Source: a virus
Taxonomy: Duplodnaviria; Caudoviricetes
Length of the DNA stretch: 64,000 bases
Strand: one strand, 5' to 3'
Virus record (IMG/VR): IMGVR_UViG_3300028797_000124
Coordinates: 32,001-96,000 of that record
Shown here: in pieces, positions 19,619 through 29,564 of the stretch
Layout: each line of letters begins with the position of its first letter
How positions within the stretch are numbered: position 1 is the first letter of the stretch
Made by a program: the position numbers and the translations under genes
The notes under the pieces: model-generated
Seen by the model: the letters and a program-made list of their open reading frames with translations, nothing else
Told to the model about the DNA's origin: nothing
The model's database searches: none

Positions 19619-22600
19619 GATTATATTGATTTTGATGTTGTCATCTTCCATTACGAACATTTCAGGTACGAAATGTTCGAGCTCGGATACGAGTCTGCCA
19701 CTGCTCTGATCAGTGTATTTAGGGAAGTCGTCAAGTCTTCTCCATTTCTGGACAATTGCCTGAATGTTAGCATCCATGTAGTTTCCGTTTGCACTATCCT
19801 TTTCGTCAGTGTACCAACCTTTGAACTTCATGTATGCAACATTATCATGACTTTCCATCTGCTGAATGAGATGTGAAATGTAAATATTATTGTCCATGCT
19901 CACCAGATCAACAGGAGTATGAATTGAAGTCAATCTGTTGAAGTAGGACTTAACTATCAATCTCAACTCATTCAATGTATTTGTTGCCAATGCCTGATTG
20001 AACAACTTAACATCGAATTCGATCTGAACATTGAGATCCGGCCAGAAGTAAGCTTCACCGTCTCTGTTCACATCAATATCAGCACAGTATGTGTGAGGTT
20101 TACCATACGTTGCAGTGAGCTTACAATCGAGATAATTGTTTCCATCCAATCTCTCCATGATTACCGGCTCAAGTGCTTTATGAACCTGAGTGAATGAAGA
20201 TACAAAGTTCTTGAATCTGACAGAGTTCATTAATGTATTCTGAACAAACGGAATGAGCTGAATCTCAACTCCACCGTTTACATTCGTCTTTGCAAACATC
20301 TCACCCACACCATCGTTGTATGTGTTCAGCGTTTGGTCAACAAGATCCCAACAGATGAAGTTATCCAGCTTGGTGTAAGTATCCGAAGCGGTGTTATATT
20401 TGTATGCTACCCAGAGTCTTGGTTCACTTGGGTCTGGTGTGATGTCGATGAAGAAGTGATCAGCATCCCCGGTCATTACTGTCATGTGTGCATTATCAGA
20501 ATAGAACTTACCTTCGTAATAGTATCCTTCTTTGATCTTCGAATTATTATAGTTCGGAACAGAATACTCAACAGCAGTTTCTGTGATCTGAATGAGTGTT
20601 TCATGTACGTTCTCAATTTTCTGAGAATGAACCTGGACAGATTGATCAATCTTTGTATCATAATCATTCAACATTGCTTCGAGATCAATTACACATTTCT
20701 CAGACAACTGTTGAAATGTTTCATAATCGTAAGGTGGCTCGGTTTCATTACTGAGTGCCTTTGTACAATCTATCACGTTCTTCAAGTTGCCGTATGTAAG
20801 CAAATCTTCACTTGACTTCGGATTATTGGTATTGAATGCAAGCATTTCATCGTGGATTTCAACTTCGTTTTCTGTAGGAATAGAAGATTCTCCGAAATCA
20901 ACGGTGGATCTCATCTCTTTCAGTTCCTGTACGAATGAAATATCATCGAGTGAATATTCATCCACAAGACGGAATCCCTTGTATTCATCATTGTCATTCG
21001 GAATATCAGAAGAACGATCCTTGATATTTGAACGAATGAGAATAGATATCTTGAGTTCGGGATTTGATGCTGAAATGGATACCGTGGATCCAGCGGTAGT
21101 TGGGGTCCATCCGCCACCACCCGTTTTAAGTGATGCGATATTGATTCTGTTGTAGATATCAACGAGCTCGTTCAGTGGATACATTTCTGTCTCAAAACGA
21201 TATGAACCATCACTTTCTCTTTCAACAGGTCTCATCTCAATACGTCCAGTCTCACCACCATCGTACAATGCATGAAGGATAACTCTCATATTATTTGAAT
21301 GAACATCGAGGAAGTCATTCTGAATATGGAAGAGGGCTGTACCATCTGGAACATTTGAAAGTTTGATTCTGTAGTAATCGATAGCTCCCTGTTCAGGCGA
21401 TGGTTTCATGTCAGCATAAAGAATGATTGCGGTAGATCCCATGTTGGAGAAATCGAACTCATAATACTGGTTGTTGTTTTCATCAACCTGTGGAGAAATT
21501 GGATTACCGGTCCAAGGAATGTATACGGATGCGGCATTCTTGATTTCATACTGAGTAAAGAATGTTTCATTCTGGAAGCGAATATTAATCATAATGGATG
21601 GGGCCATGCTCTGACCTATCTGATACAACTGATCGTCACCATATTTGGAAACTGATGAAAGTGTCGCCATGGTAACTCTGATTGCAGATATCTGTCCGAG
21701 AGGTGCAGTATCATCCAATCTTGCCTCATAATAATTTTGACCGTTCACACGTCCAAATGTTATGTGAGAATCGAAAGGTACTGTCGCGTCACGATGTCCT
21801 TGCCAGTAAACATTCGTGTCACCCGTTACAAGTATAGGCTCCCACAGTTTACCCAGACCTTCTCCCCATATACTATCTTCACCATAGTATCTGAGATTGC
21901 TACCAGAAGCAACTGTGATAGGAAGCTGGATCTCCTGTTCATCAACAGAAGACATATCTTCAATCCAGAATATGCCGTTGAGCGTCCAAGTACCATCATC
22001 AGCTTGAGCTTTACTCTTTACACAGAAATATGTATTATCAGGATCAAACTGTAGAGTCTTTCCATCGTAATTGTTCAAAGGAAGCAGCGGGATATCAGAA
22101 GCCAGATCATCAAGTGGTTTATTAAAGTATTTCCACATTGCCGCAGAGAATATCGGAGGAACCGCATTCTGTTGAACGTTCTTTACCAAAGGAGAACCAT
22201 CAAGCCATTCCGCAACAGTTGGTGAAATGTATGTGGTTACCTTATAGAAGTTTTCCTGATATGTTCTTTGAACGTTCATGATGATTGGAGTTGCATGGTA
22301 TACTGCAGAAGCATCCTCATTATTATCATCGGAAACTTTACTCATCTCAGTCTTTGGAATGAGTGAGCATGTTACATAATCATTGATCCATGGATTAAAG
22401 TATCCGATTGCAAAAGGATCTTTCTGAATACGGATACCGAAAGGATTAGCAAAGATAAACTTCTCACCAATCTTGGCGGTAGAGTTTGCCTTCTCAACAG
22501 TGATCTTTCCTTCGCCAGTATACGGAACGACCGTGTGCTTGTTTTCACCATAAACCCACAACCATCCGGGAGGAATGATTATCTCATTATTGTTGATGCT

Positions 22601-23959
22601 GTTGTTATTGTTTGCATATAACACATCATAGTTGATCTTACCATGGAGAGTGTTTGTTCTGTAAACATAATCATCGTCATCTTTCAGAGCGATGAAACCA
22701 GACCAGATTCTACCCCATGGATCATCTCTTCTCTTGTAGAAGAAAGGATACAAAACGTTCTTGAAATAGAATGTCTTGAAGTACTCATCCAGATCATGAT
22801 CTGTTGCGATCTGATTTGCTGTGTTGTATGCTTCAATGGTTTCTCTACGAACAGTCTCAATGTTACCAATGTTGGTACCACCCATACTTCCTGAGATTAC
22901 GAATGCAGCCTTCATGACATTTCCGTTGTTTGAATAACGATTAGATGCTGTGATAACCTGAGGCTGATCATATCCTCCATAACCCATGAACTGTTCACTC
23001 TTGTTTCCGTCGTTATCAAACGCAGTAAAGTTTGCAGCTTCACCATGGCAGGTATAAATGGTAATCTCATATGAAGAGTTTACCTTTGGAACGAAATACT
23101 TCGAACCGTTTAACTGCCACATGAAACGGATTGTCTGGGGATTGTCCATGATGTAGTGAACATATGGATCAGTATCCTTAACAGAATCATGTATCGGAAG
23201 AATATGATCATGAGGAATCCACTGTTCATTTCCTTTGCCATCAATATACTTGATATCAAATCCAGCGATATGATTCAAACAGCTTATAACAGTATCCTGA
23301 TTAGGAATACCATTTGCCATATTATTGACAACCGTGTGAACCTGACGTTCATACTCAGAAGCTTGAACAAGCAAACAAAGCCAAGTATCAGTAACACGAT
23401 ATATGATGTATGTATCTTTATTCTTTGCAACTGAGTTGAGCTGATCCTTATTAGTATACTGAACATTCCATGCTTGAACGGCATTCTCGAGAGTTGTCGT
23501 TTCGATGTTCTTGTACTGAATAAGGATATCATAATCAAGAGAATACACACTTCCGTTTGAAAGGTTGAACTTTGTATCCTTGTCAAGTGTGAATTCATAT
23601 AAGCCGTTATCAGCGTTTAATACGGCATTGTTGTGTATGTCTTCAATCTTCAATTCGAGGAGGAAGTTACATGAAGACGGAATCGCAAACGAATAACCGA
23701 TGTTGAATATAGCAGCCTCAGCGTATATAGAATCCGCCAATACAGCTTTTGTTATAAACGATTCATTGAAGTAGAATGATGATGTGAACGCCATCTGTTC
23801 GATACCCTGAGACATATACTCAGTTATCATTGATAAACTACCGGTGTTCAATACATTCAAAGGAATTTCTTTAAACACTCTTGGTGCAAGAACACCTTGG
23901 ATGTACTGTTTTATTTTGGAATCATCCGAATAGTTTTGCAGCATGATTTCATCAGCCAT
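19613..23959 (-). CDS. Large baseplate wedge protein (T4 gp6-like N-terminus)
   Basis: 1448 aa; N-terminal YFNESFITKA....SIY.EA...IGY pattern, TCHGEAANF and S.GG....IE..R motifs recalled from jumbo-phage baseplate wedge proteins. Confidence 0.65.
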   Translation of the reverse strand: MADEIMLQNYSDDSKIKQYIQGVLAPRVFKEIPLNVLNTGSLSMITEYMSQGIEQMAFTSSFYFNESFITKAVLADSIYAEAAIFNIGYSFAIPSSCNFLLELKIEDIHNNAVLNADNGLYEFTLDKDTKFNLSNGSVYSLDYDILIQYKNIETTTLENAVQAWNVQYTNKDQLNSVAKNKDTYIIYRVTDTWLCLLVQASEYERQVHTVVNNMANGIPNQDTVISCLNHIAGFDIKYIDGKGNEQWIPHDHILPIHDSVKDTDPYVHYIMDNPQTIRFMWQLNGSKYFVPKVNSSYEITIYTCHGEAANFTAFDNDGNKSEQFMGYGGYDQPQVITASNRYSNNGNVMKAAFVISGSMGGTNIGNIETVRRETIEAYNTANQIATDHDLDEYFKTFYFKNVLYPFFYKRRDDPWGRIWSGFIALKDDDDYVYRTNTLHGKINYDVLYANNNNSINNNEIIIPPGWLWVYGENKHTVVPYTGEGKITVEKANSTAKIGEKFIFANPFGIRIQKDPFAIGYFNPWINDYVTCSLIPKTEMSKVSDDNNEDASAVYHATPIIMNVQRTYQENFYKVTTYISPTVAEWLDGSPLVKNVQQNAVPPIFSAAMWKYFNKPLDDLASDIPLLPLNNYDGKTLQFDPDNTYFCVKSKAQADDGTWTLNGIFWIEDMSSVDEQEIQLPITVASGSNLRYYGEDSIWGEGLGKLWEPILVTGDTNVYWQGHRDATVPFDSHITFGRVNGQNYYEARLDDTAPLGQISAIRVTMATLSSVSKYGDDQLYQIGQSMAPSIMINIRFQNETFFTQYEIKNAASVYIPWTGNPISPQVDENNNQYYEFDFSNMGSTAIILYADMKPSPEQGAIDYYRIKLSNVPDGTALFHIQNDFLDVHSNNMRVILHALYDGGETGRIEMRPVERESDGSYRFETEMYPLNELVDIYNRINIASLKTGGGGWTPTTAGSTVSISASNPELKISILIRSNIKDRSSDIPNDNDEYKGFRLVDEYSLDDISFVQELKEMRSTVDFGESSIPTENEVEIHDEMLAFNTNNPKSSEDLLTYGNLKNVIDCTKALSNETEPPYDYETFQQLSEKCVIDLEAMLNDYDTKIDQSVQVHSQKIENVHETLIQITETAVEYSVPNYNNSKIKEGYYYEGKFYSDNAHMTVMTGDADHFFIDITPDPSEPRLWVAYKYNTASDTYTKLDNFICWDLVDQTLNTYNDGVGEMFAKTNVNGGVEIQLIPFVQNTLMNSVRFKNFVSSFTQVHKALEPVIMERLDGNNYLDCKLTATYGKPHTYCADIDVNRDGEAYFWPDLNVQIEFDVKLFNQALATNTLNELRLIVKSYFNRLTSIHTPVDLVSMDNNIYISHLIQQMESHDNVAYMKFKGWYTDEKDSANGNYMDANIQAIVQKWRRLDDFPKYTDQSSGRLVSELEHFVPEMFVMEDDNIKINIIK

Positions 23960-23999
23960 TTCAATTACCTCACTTTCTTATAGTCTTCATACCGTCGAA

Positions 24000-24016
24000 A
24001 ACCTCACGGTAATGTT
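24000..24016. promoter_or_regulatory. Overlapping divergent late-type promoter motifs
   Basis: Plus strand AAC-CTCACGG-TAA (24000-24012); minus strand AACA-TTACCG-TG (24016-24005); lies between divergent structural genes. Confidence 0.4.
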
Positions 24017-24099
24017 CGAGCGCAAGATTATACCGAACGTATGTTACGAAAATGTCCATGATGTTTTCGTTCAAATATTATAATAAGGAGGAATAAATC

Positions 24100-27000
24100 A
24101 TGGCTCAAGATAAAGTTCAGCTCAAACGTGAAGAAGTCGTTGGAAATGATGTTGTGTTGCAGGATATAAATCCTAAGACCAAGACCAATTCCATTACAGA
24201 TTCTGCCAAAGGAGTTCCGTTAGATCAGACTCTTGCATTGATCAAGAACATGATTAACAACAAACTCTCACGAGTTGTAAACTCTGTGAATGGCAAAACT
24301 GGTATTGTTATACTTGATGCAAATGATGTTGGTCTTGGAAATGTTGACAACATTTCTTTCGGCGATATCAAGCGTTGGGTTATAGAATATTTGGGTGATA
24401 TCTTCGGTTCGAAGAGAATAATCCTCAGGGACTACCTCTCCCAGATTCATGAGATACTCGGCACGAATGACAAGATCTACGCAGATACTCCATTCTATGC
24501 CCAGGCTGGCGATGCGACGAACAATGACTTCATCGCATACATCGGTTACATATATTGGGATGAAACTACATCCTCATTGAGAGAGGAACACAAGGAAATC
24601 AAGGTCATTGGTTTCACTGACGAGTCTCTCGTATACAATACAAACTGTGATATCGATCCGTATCATCCTGATGATCACAGGAATCTTTCAGGTGGTGGAC
24701 TTGCTGTAAACATCTGGTCTAAGGAGGATGCCCTCAAGATCAGGCGTGCTGAGGGTCTCTTTACAAGAGACGGGTATGATCCTGCTGTTCTTAATGACAC
24801 GGGTCTTTATATCGATAAGAGTAAAGTTGTTCCCAATGTATACTTCTTCGATGGAGTATATGGAACTCTTACGGGTGAAGGTACCGGTATGCACAATATT
24901 GATGCTCTCGTATATTGGTCAAACGACCCACATGATACTACCGAAAGCAACCTTCCAATTCTCAATATCACGATAAATGGTCAGGCAATCGGAATGACAT
25001 CGACTGCGGGTGGAGATCCTGTATACACGCTTCATCATCCATCTGATCTTCCTCTTAAAGTTGGAGATATCATTCTCACAAACTTTGCTTTCGATCAGTA
25101 TATCAATCCCGATGATGCATCTCACAGAGAAAATGTTCTTTACCCAAGAATGCTTGACTCGTTGACATGCCGTCAACCTTCTCTCGGTGTTGTAACTCAG
25201 GTTGCTGATACAACTAATGATACGCCGTGTATAATCGATTTTAAACCACGAAGACCAAACGTTGGTCACGGCTTGAAACTGATTATAACCGACAGTGCTT
25301 CTGGAGTTGGTCCGGAAGATTCTGAGATTGGACTTGATCTCATGGAAGGTACTATTACAATGGGTGATGGCACTAATATTGATACCAATGATGGAAACAA
25401 TGTTTCGGGTATCAATGCTATAGACAAACATGATCCAATATCCAGATCTCCTCGTAGTTCTCAGGCAAAGCATCTGTACACTGTATATCCAACCGGAAAG
25501 AGTTCGGATTTGATCGGTGGAAGCATCGATGTAGATTCATCATTCATTCTTCCAAATTTCTCAATGTGCATAATTCCATCGGCCCTTAATAAAGCTTCGA
25601 GTGAACCAGCGATCAAGAACTGGAATCCTACATCACCAATGTCAAACACTCATGCTGGTGAAGTTCTCGGTAACGCCCGCAAGTTTAACATGGTTGGTGT
25701 GAACCTTGCAAAGGTTATTATGGATACAAATGTTGGTGATGATGATCACGCATTTGCAAGAAATGTTTCCGGTCTGAGAGTTAATACAAGTGATGACTTA
25801 TTCGACGATGAGTGGTATGGATATGGTTCAGGTATAGATACTATACCAAACTATCTGACATCTGGTGGTATCTCTGTTAACGTCGGCGACTTCCTTGGAA
25901 TAGGCACACCAACAGAACTTTCAGCAGCTCCTGCTGAAAAAGGTAGCTACTATAACGAGGGTAAAGTCAATGTACGTATTGACAGAATGCAAGGTCTTAA
26001 CGGTGTTGCTGGAAACAGGCTTGCTGTTAATATCGCCGGTGGATATTCATACGCTCCGGAAGGGATTACGCATAACTGGCTTGAGGGTGGTCTCACATTT
26101 GTTGATGGTGGTACCCGCGCTCCCGCTCAGGGTGTTCTTGCAGTTAATACCGCAGAGGAGGCTTCTGGTCTTGGTATTAAGAACTCATATAGAGTCAATG
26201 TTAGACATACCAACTGGGGTAATCGTATAATGGCTGACACTTTCAACAACGTTCTGGTTGTTAAACCTGCCAAGTTTACCGAATCTTCGACAGAAAGGGC
26301 ATCACTTACAAAGTCTGGTCTTGAGGTTCACAAACAGATTCAAGAAGAAGATTTTGCAAATAAGATAACATTCACAAACATATACAATCAGAGAATGTGG
26401 TTATCTGAAGGACAACTCCATGACGATATAGTCCAGAACCCATCCAACTTTGATACTACTCACATATACATCGCGGGAGGAAAGCGTTTCATATATGCTG
26501 AACCTCAAGGACAACAAACAGAAATAAGTTTGTTCATGTACTACTCGGATGAATCCGAATATAACGCGATTCTCACATGGATTAGAACAGGAAATGATTC
26601 TGATGTTCCGGATGCAACCTGGCCCATCCACGGATATACACTCACACCAAATGAACACACAACAGCAAATGATGAATGTCTGGCAATTCTTCGGAGACAG
26701 TGTCATGTGTTGATCGAGGAATATCCAAGTATATCGAATGATACCAGATATAGACTAAAGGCTTCTATTTCCGAACCAACAACATCTGCAGATCTTCGTT
26801 TTCCAGATCTTGATCACGATGGCAATGTTGATGCTACAGAGGCATCATCTGTACTTGCTTATTTCTCATTCTTAGTTACGGTTACGCGAGTATACTCAAC
26901 TACAGTCGGTGGTCAAAAGGTGTTCTACACAGATCCAGGACTGACCACTCCACTCGAACCCGTTGTGGGCAGAGGATACATGGATATGAATGATTATCTG

Positions 27001-27906
27001 GAGGATTCGGAACACGCAGGACACATATATTATATGCCATATAATGCGGTAAAGGATCCAGGATCTGATATCGTATATCTTAAGAAGTACGAATTCGATC
27101 CGGGTAGATCAGCAACACTTCAGGATGTTATGTATGCCGATGTTGATAGAGACGGTCGTATTGATGCTGTAGATGGATCCCGCATATTGACATACTATGC
27201 AAACTGTTCATCCGGAAAGTATCCTGGTATGACAGCGGAAGAATCATGGCGGGAATATCTAAGAGAAGCTATGGGTATCATTGTTGGTAGTGGTGCCCGT
27301 GAGGTTTATCAAGTATTGGATATGATATACGATCCAGGTGTTCGCGTTAGATATAATGAACAGAAGGGTCTTACAACATTCCCCAACTACTTTGGAAACA
27401 CAGCGTATGATACTCAGACACTCATGGAAAATGATATGAAGGATGCGCTTGCGATAAAGATTGCGGATACCACTTCGGGTATGTTTGAATTCGATCCTGC
27501 TACTGCAGGTGGTTTGAGATTTGGTTCCAATGGATATCTTGCCGTAAGAGTCAACAACAACAATCATTATTCATCAATCCTTCCAATCAAAAACAATCCA
27601 GCACATATTGATGATCTCAGCACAGGTTCTCGTGGTCTGAGAATATATAATACTGATAGTGCTTTCAATGTACTCGGTATTCAACTCTCAAGAGACGGAT
27701 CTCTCGATAATGGTGAACTGAAGATCGATGCCCAGGGATGCCTTAGACTTTCTGGAGCAATCCGCCCAGATGTTAAGAAACTTAAATTCAAATGCGGTGC
27801 ACAAGAAGTTGAGTACGATGGTAACGATGAAGTTACTATCGAATTTGGTCCGGGTATGATCGTTACGGAACACAGCATAACATCAGAAGCACATTCACAA
27901 CTTTAA
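24100..27906 (+). CDS. Long tail fibre-like protein carrying a dockerin-like domain
   Basis: N-terminal VNSVNGKTG.V.L...DVGLGNVDN phage tail repeat; repeated GGL.VN / GL.F...G.L.V fibre-shaft motifs; DLDHDGNVDATEASSVLAYF and DVDRDGRIDAVDGSRILTYYA dockerin-type repeats. Confidence 0.75.
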   Translation: MAQDKVQLKREEVVGNDVVLQDINPKTKTNSITDSAKGVPLDQTLALIKNMINNKLSRVVNSVNGKTGIVILDANDVGLGNVDNISFGDIKRWVIEYLGDIFGSKRIILRDYLSQIHEILGTNDKIYADTPFYAQAGDATNNDFIAYIGYIYWDETTSSLREEHKEIKVIGFTDESLVYNTNCDIDPYHPDDHRNLSGGGLAVNIWSKEDALKIRRAEGLFTRDGYDPAVLNDTGLYIDKSKVVPNVYFFDGVYGTLTGEGTGMHNIDALVYWSNDPHDTTESNLPILNITINGQAIGMTSTAGGDPVYTLHHPSDLPLKVGDIILTNFAFDQYINPDDASHRENVLYPRMLDSLTCRQPSLGVVTQVADTTNDTPCIIDFKPRRPNVGHGLKLIITDSASGVGPEDSEIGLDLMEGTITMGDGTNIDTNDGNNVSGINAIDKHDPISRSPRSSQAKHLYTVYPTGKSSDLIGGSIDVDSSFILPNFSMCIIPSALNKASSEPAIKNWNPTSPMSNTHAGEVLGNARKFNMVGVNLAKVIMDTNVGDDDHAFARNVSGLRVNTSDDLFDDEWYGYGSGIDTIPNYLTSGGISVNVGDFLGIGTPTELSAAPAEKGSYYNEGKVNVRIDRMQGLNGVAGNRLAVNIAGGYSYAPEGITHNWLEGGLTFVDGGTRAPAQGVLAVNTAEEASGLGIKNSYRVNVRHTNWGNRIMADTFNNVLVVKPAKFTESSTERASLTKSGLEVHKQIQEEDFANKITFTNIYNQRMWLSEGQLHDDIVQNPSNFDTTHIYIAGGKRFIYAEPQGQQTEISLFMYYSDESEYNAILTWIRTGNDSDVPDATWPIHGYTLTPNEHTTANDECLAILRRQCHVLIEEYPSISNDTRYRLKASISEPTTSADLRFPDLDHDGNVDATEASSVLAYFSFLVTVTRVYSTTVGGQKVFYTDPGLTTPLEPVVGRGYMDMNDYLEDSEHAGHIYYMPYNAVKDPGSDIVYLKKYEFDPGRSATLQDVMYADVDRDGRIDAVDGSRILTYYANCSSGKYPGMTAEESWREYLREAMGIIVGSGAREVYQVLDMIYDPGVRVRYNEQKGLTTFPNYFGNTAYDTQTLMENDMKDALAIKIADTTSGMFEFDPATAGGLRFGSNGYLAVRVNNNNHYSSILPIKNNPAHIDDLSTGSRGLRIYNTDSAFNVLGIQLSRDGSLDNGELKIDAQGCLRLSGAIRPDVKKLKFKCGAQEVEYDGNDEVTIEFGPGMIVTEHSITSEAHSQL
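26806..27222 (+). other. Dockerin-like domain: two Ca-binding loop-helix repeats separated by an insert
   Basis: Repeat 1 starts at aa 903 and repeat 2 at aa 1014. Both fit D-x-D-x-D-G-x-[VI]-D-A-x-[DE]-[AG]-S-x-[VI]-L-x-Y-[FY]. Confidence 0.75.
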
Positions 27907-27917
27907 GGAGGTAGCAT

Positions 27918-28412
27918 ATGTCCGAAACTGTCAAAATGACTCTTAATCTGGACAACTCCCTCGAATATGCGGATGGAGGCTCGGGTCCTTTAAGAGTAAA
28001 GAAATCTCTGAAGTCGGGAAATACTTTATCATTTGAATCAGATGGATTATATGCAGAAGCAATACCAGGACAGCCCGGTTCCACAGGAACCGGGTATCCT
28101 GATAACTATCGCTCTGCGAACGGTGTAATGTCAGGTGTTGCAACTCCAGAAAGTATGAACTCGGTACCGAAAAGAATGGTTGGTCCAAGTATAATGCATC
28201 GTATATTTACAGCTTCAAGTCCAGATGGTTCGGACATACAACTCAGAACTATCGATAGAGTATATCCTGGCGATTTGTATCGCGTAAAAGATACAACACA
28301 TGGCAATTGGAATTATTACATAATCACAAAGGTTGCGTCAGACAACAGAGTTGTTACTGGTCATACTGGTGAGGTGGCTATAATTCCTTTAACACAAGAA
28401 GACGTAAACTAA
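27918..28412 (+). CDS. Small fibre-associated protein 1
   Basis: RBS AAGGAGG; M.E.[VI].[MI].L N-terminus and N.L.F..DGLY motif shared with the next two ORFs. Confidence 0.7.
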   Translation: MSETVKMTLNLDNSLEYADGGSGPLRVKKSLKSGNTLSFESDGLYAEAIPGQPGSTGTGYPDNYRSANGVMSGVATPESMNSVPKRMVGPSIMHRIFTASSPDGSDIQLRTIDRVYPGDLYRVKDTTHGNWNYYIITKVASDNRVVTGHTGEVAIIPLTQEDVN

Positions 28413-28425
28413 AGGAGGTGTTTAT

Positions 28426-28821
28426 ATGCCGGAGACAATTAAGATTACTTTAGATCCCGATGGTCAGTCTATTGGATTCAGCAACAATTCAATGGTACTT
28501 AAATTGTCAGCTAAAGCAAACAACGGTCTTTCATTTTCAGACGGTAAGTTGGTTGCAACAAAAGCTCCCGATGGTTCAGGAGGTTCTGGTGGTACTATGA
28601 ACACTCCTGGAAATGCAATAGGTCCTGTAGATGCGACGGAGAACACATCTCTTAATACGGTGGGTTTCAATTCTACGGTTTCTCGCCACAAGAAATATAC
28701 CGGAACGAATTCTTGGCTTCAAACAAATGATGGTCCGGTTATGACAAAGAACTCGAATGGTCAGATGGTACCAAATGGATCTATTGCACATTACATGATA
28801 TTGCACGCAACAGGAGGTTGA
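28426..28821 (+). CDS. Small fibre-associated protein 2
   Basis: RBS AAGGAGGTG; LSAKANNGLSFSDGKL motif followed by a GS linker. Confidence 0.7.
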   Translation: MPETIKITLDPDGQSIGFSNNSMVLKLSAKANNGLSFSDGKLVATKAPDGSGGSGGTMNTPGNAIGPVDATENTSLNTVGFNSTVSRHKKYTGTNSWLQTNDGPVMTKNSNGQMVPNGSIAHYMILHATGG

Positions 28822-28825
28822 TGAC

Positions 28826-29551
28826 ATGTCAGAAAAGATAGTTATCGGTCTTGACCTCAACAACGGACTTCACGTTGATAGTGAAGATAAAGTTGGAGTT
28901 TACTATGAACAAAACGGAAACATGCATCTCGAAACAGACCCCGACCCAACAGACGGTAAGAATGGTATATACGTTGAAAATCTGAATGGTGCTGATGGTT
29001 CAGGTGGTGCTTCAAGATATGACGGTTGGACTATGAAGCCAGGTACTGGTTGGAATCTGAATGATTCAAGTCAGACTATAAATAATTTCATAGATATGGA
29101 TAGAGATGTTGTAAATCTCATATTCACATTCGGTCTATATAAAGTAACTACCCGCCACCCTACATCTATCTCATACAGTTCAGCTGTTAAAGATGTTCGT
29201 GCAATATGTAATGAAATTGTTGCACCTGTATACTACTCTCCTTCAAGCTATACCAGTTTCAAACCTGGAGCAGGAGAGTTGATCCAGCTTGTAAAGAATC
29301 CAACATTCAGAACGGTTCCATACACTGGAGGAACTGGTTCAACAATTGCTGTTGAAAGTGGCAATCGTATTGGAAACGACAATCTGGAAACAGCAGTAAT
29401 GTTCGTGATTATGGATATCGCATATTCACCCAATAACATCTACTGGGTAACAAGCATGAACCTGTGCTGTATATATTCAACCGTATCAGACTTTGTGGTT
29501 GGTCAGAGTTATTCGGGATCACAATTATTCCAGCCACCTGGTTACGTATAA
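28826..29551 (+). CDS. Small fibre-associated protein 3
   Basis: RBS AGGAGG; related N-terminus (NNGLHV...NGIYV) and GS linker. Confidence 0.7.
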   Translation: MSEKIVIGLDLNNGLHVDSEDKVGVYYEQNGNMHLETDPDPTDGKNGIYVENLNGADGSGGASRYDGWTMKPGTGWNLNDSSQTINNFIDMDRDVVNLIFTFGLYKVTTRHPTSISYSSAVKDVRAICNEIVAPVYYSPSSYTSFKPGAGELIQLVKNPTFRTVPYTGGTGSTIAVESGNRIGNDNLETAVMFVIMDIAYSPNNIYWVTSMNLCCIYSTVSDFVVGQSYSGSQLFQPPGYV

Positions 29552-29564
29552 GGAGGAAAAATCC

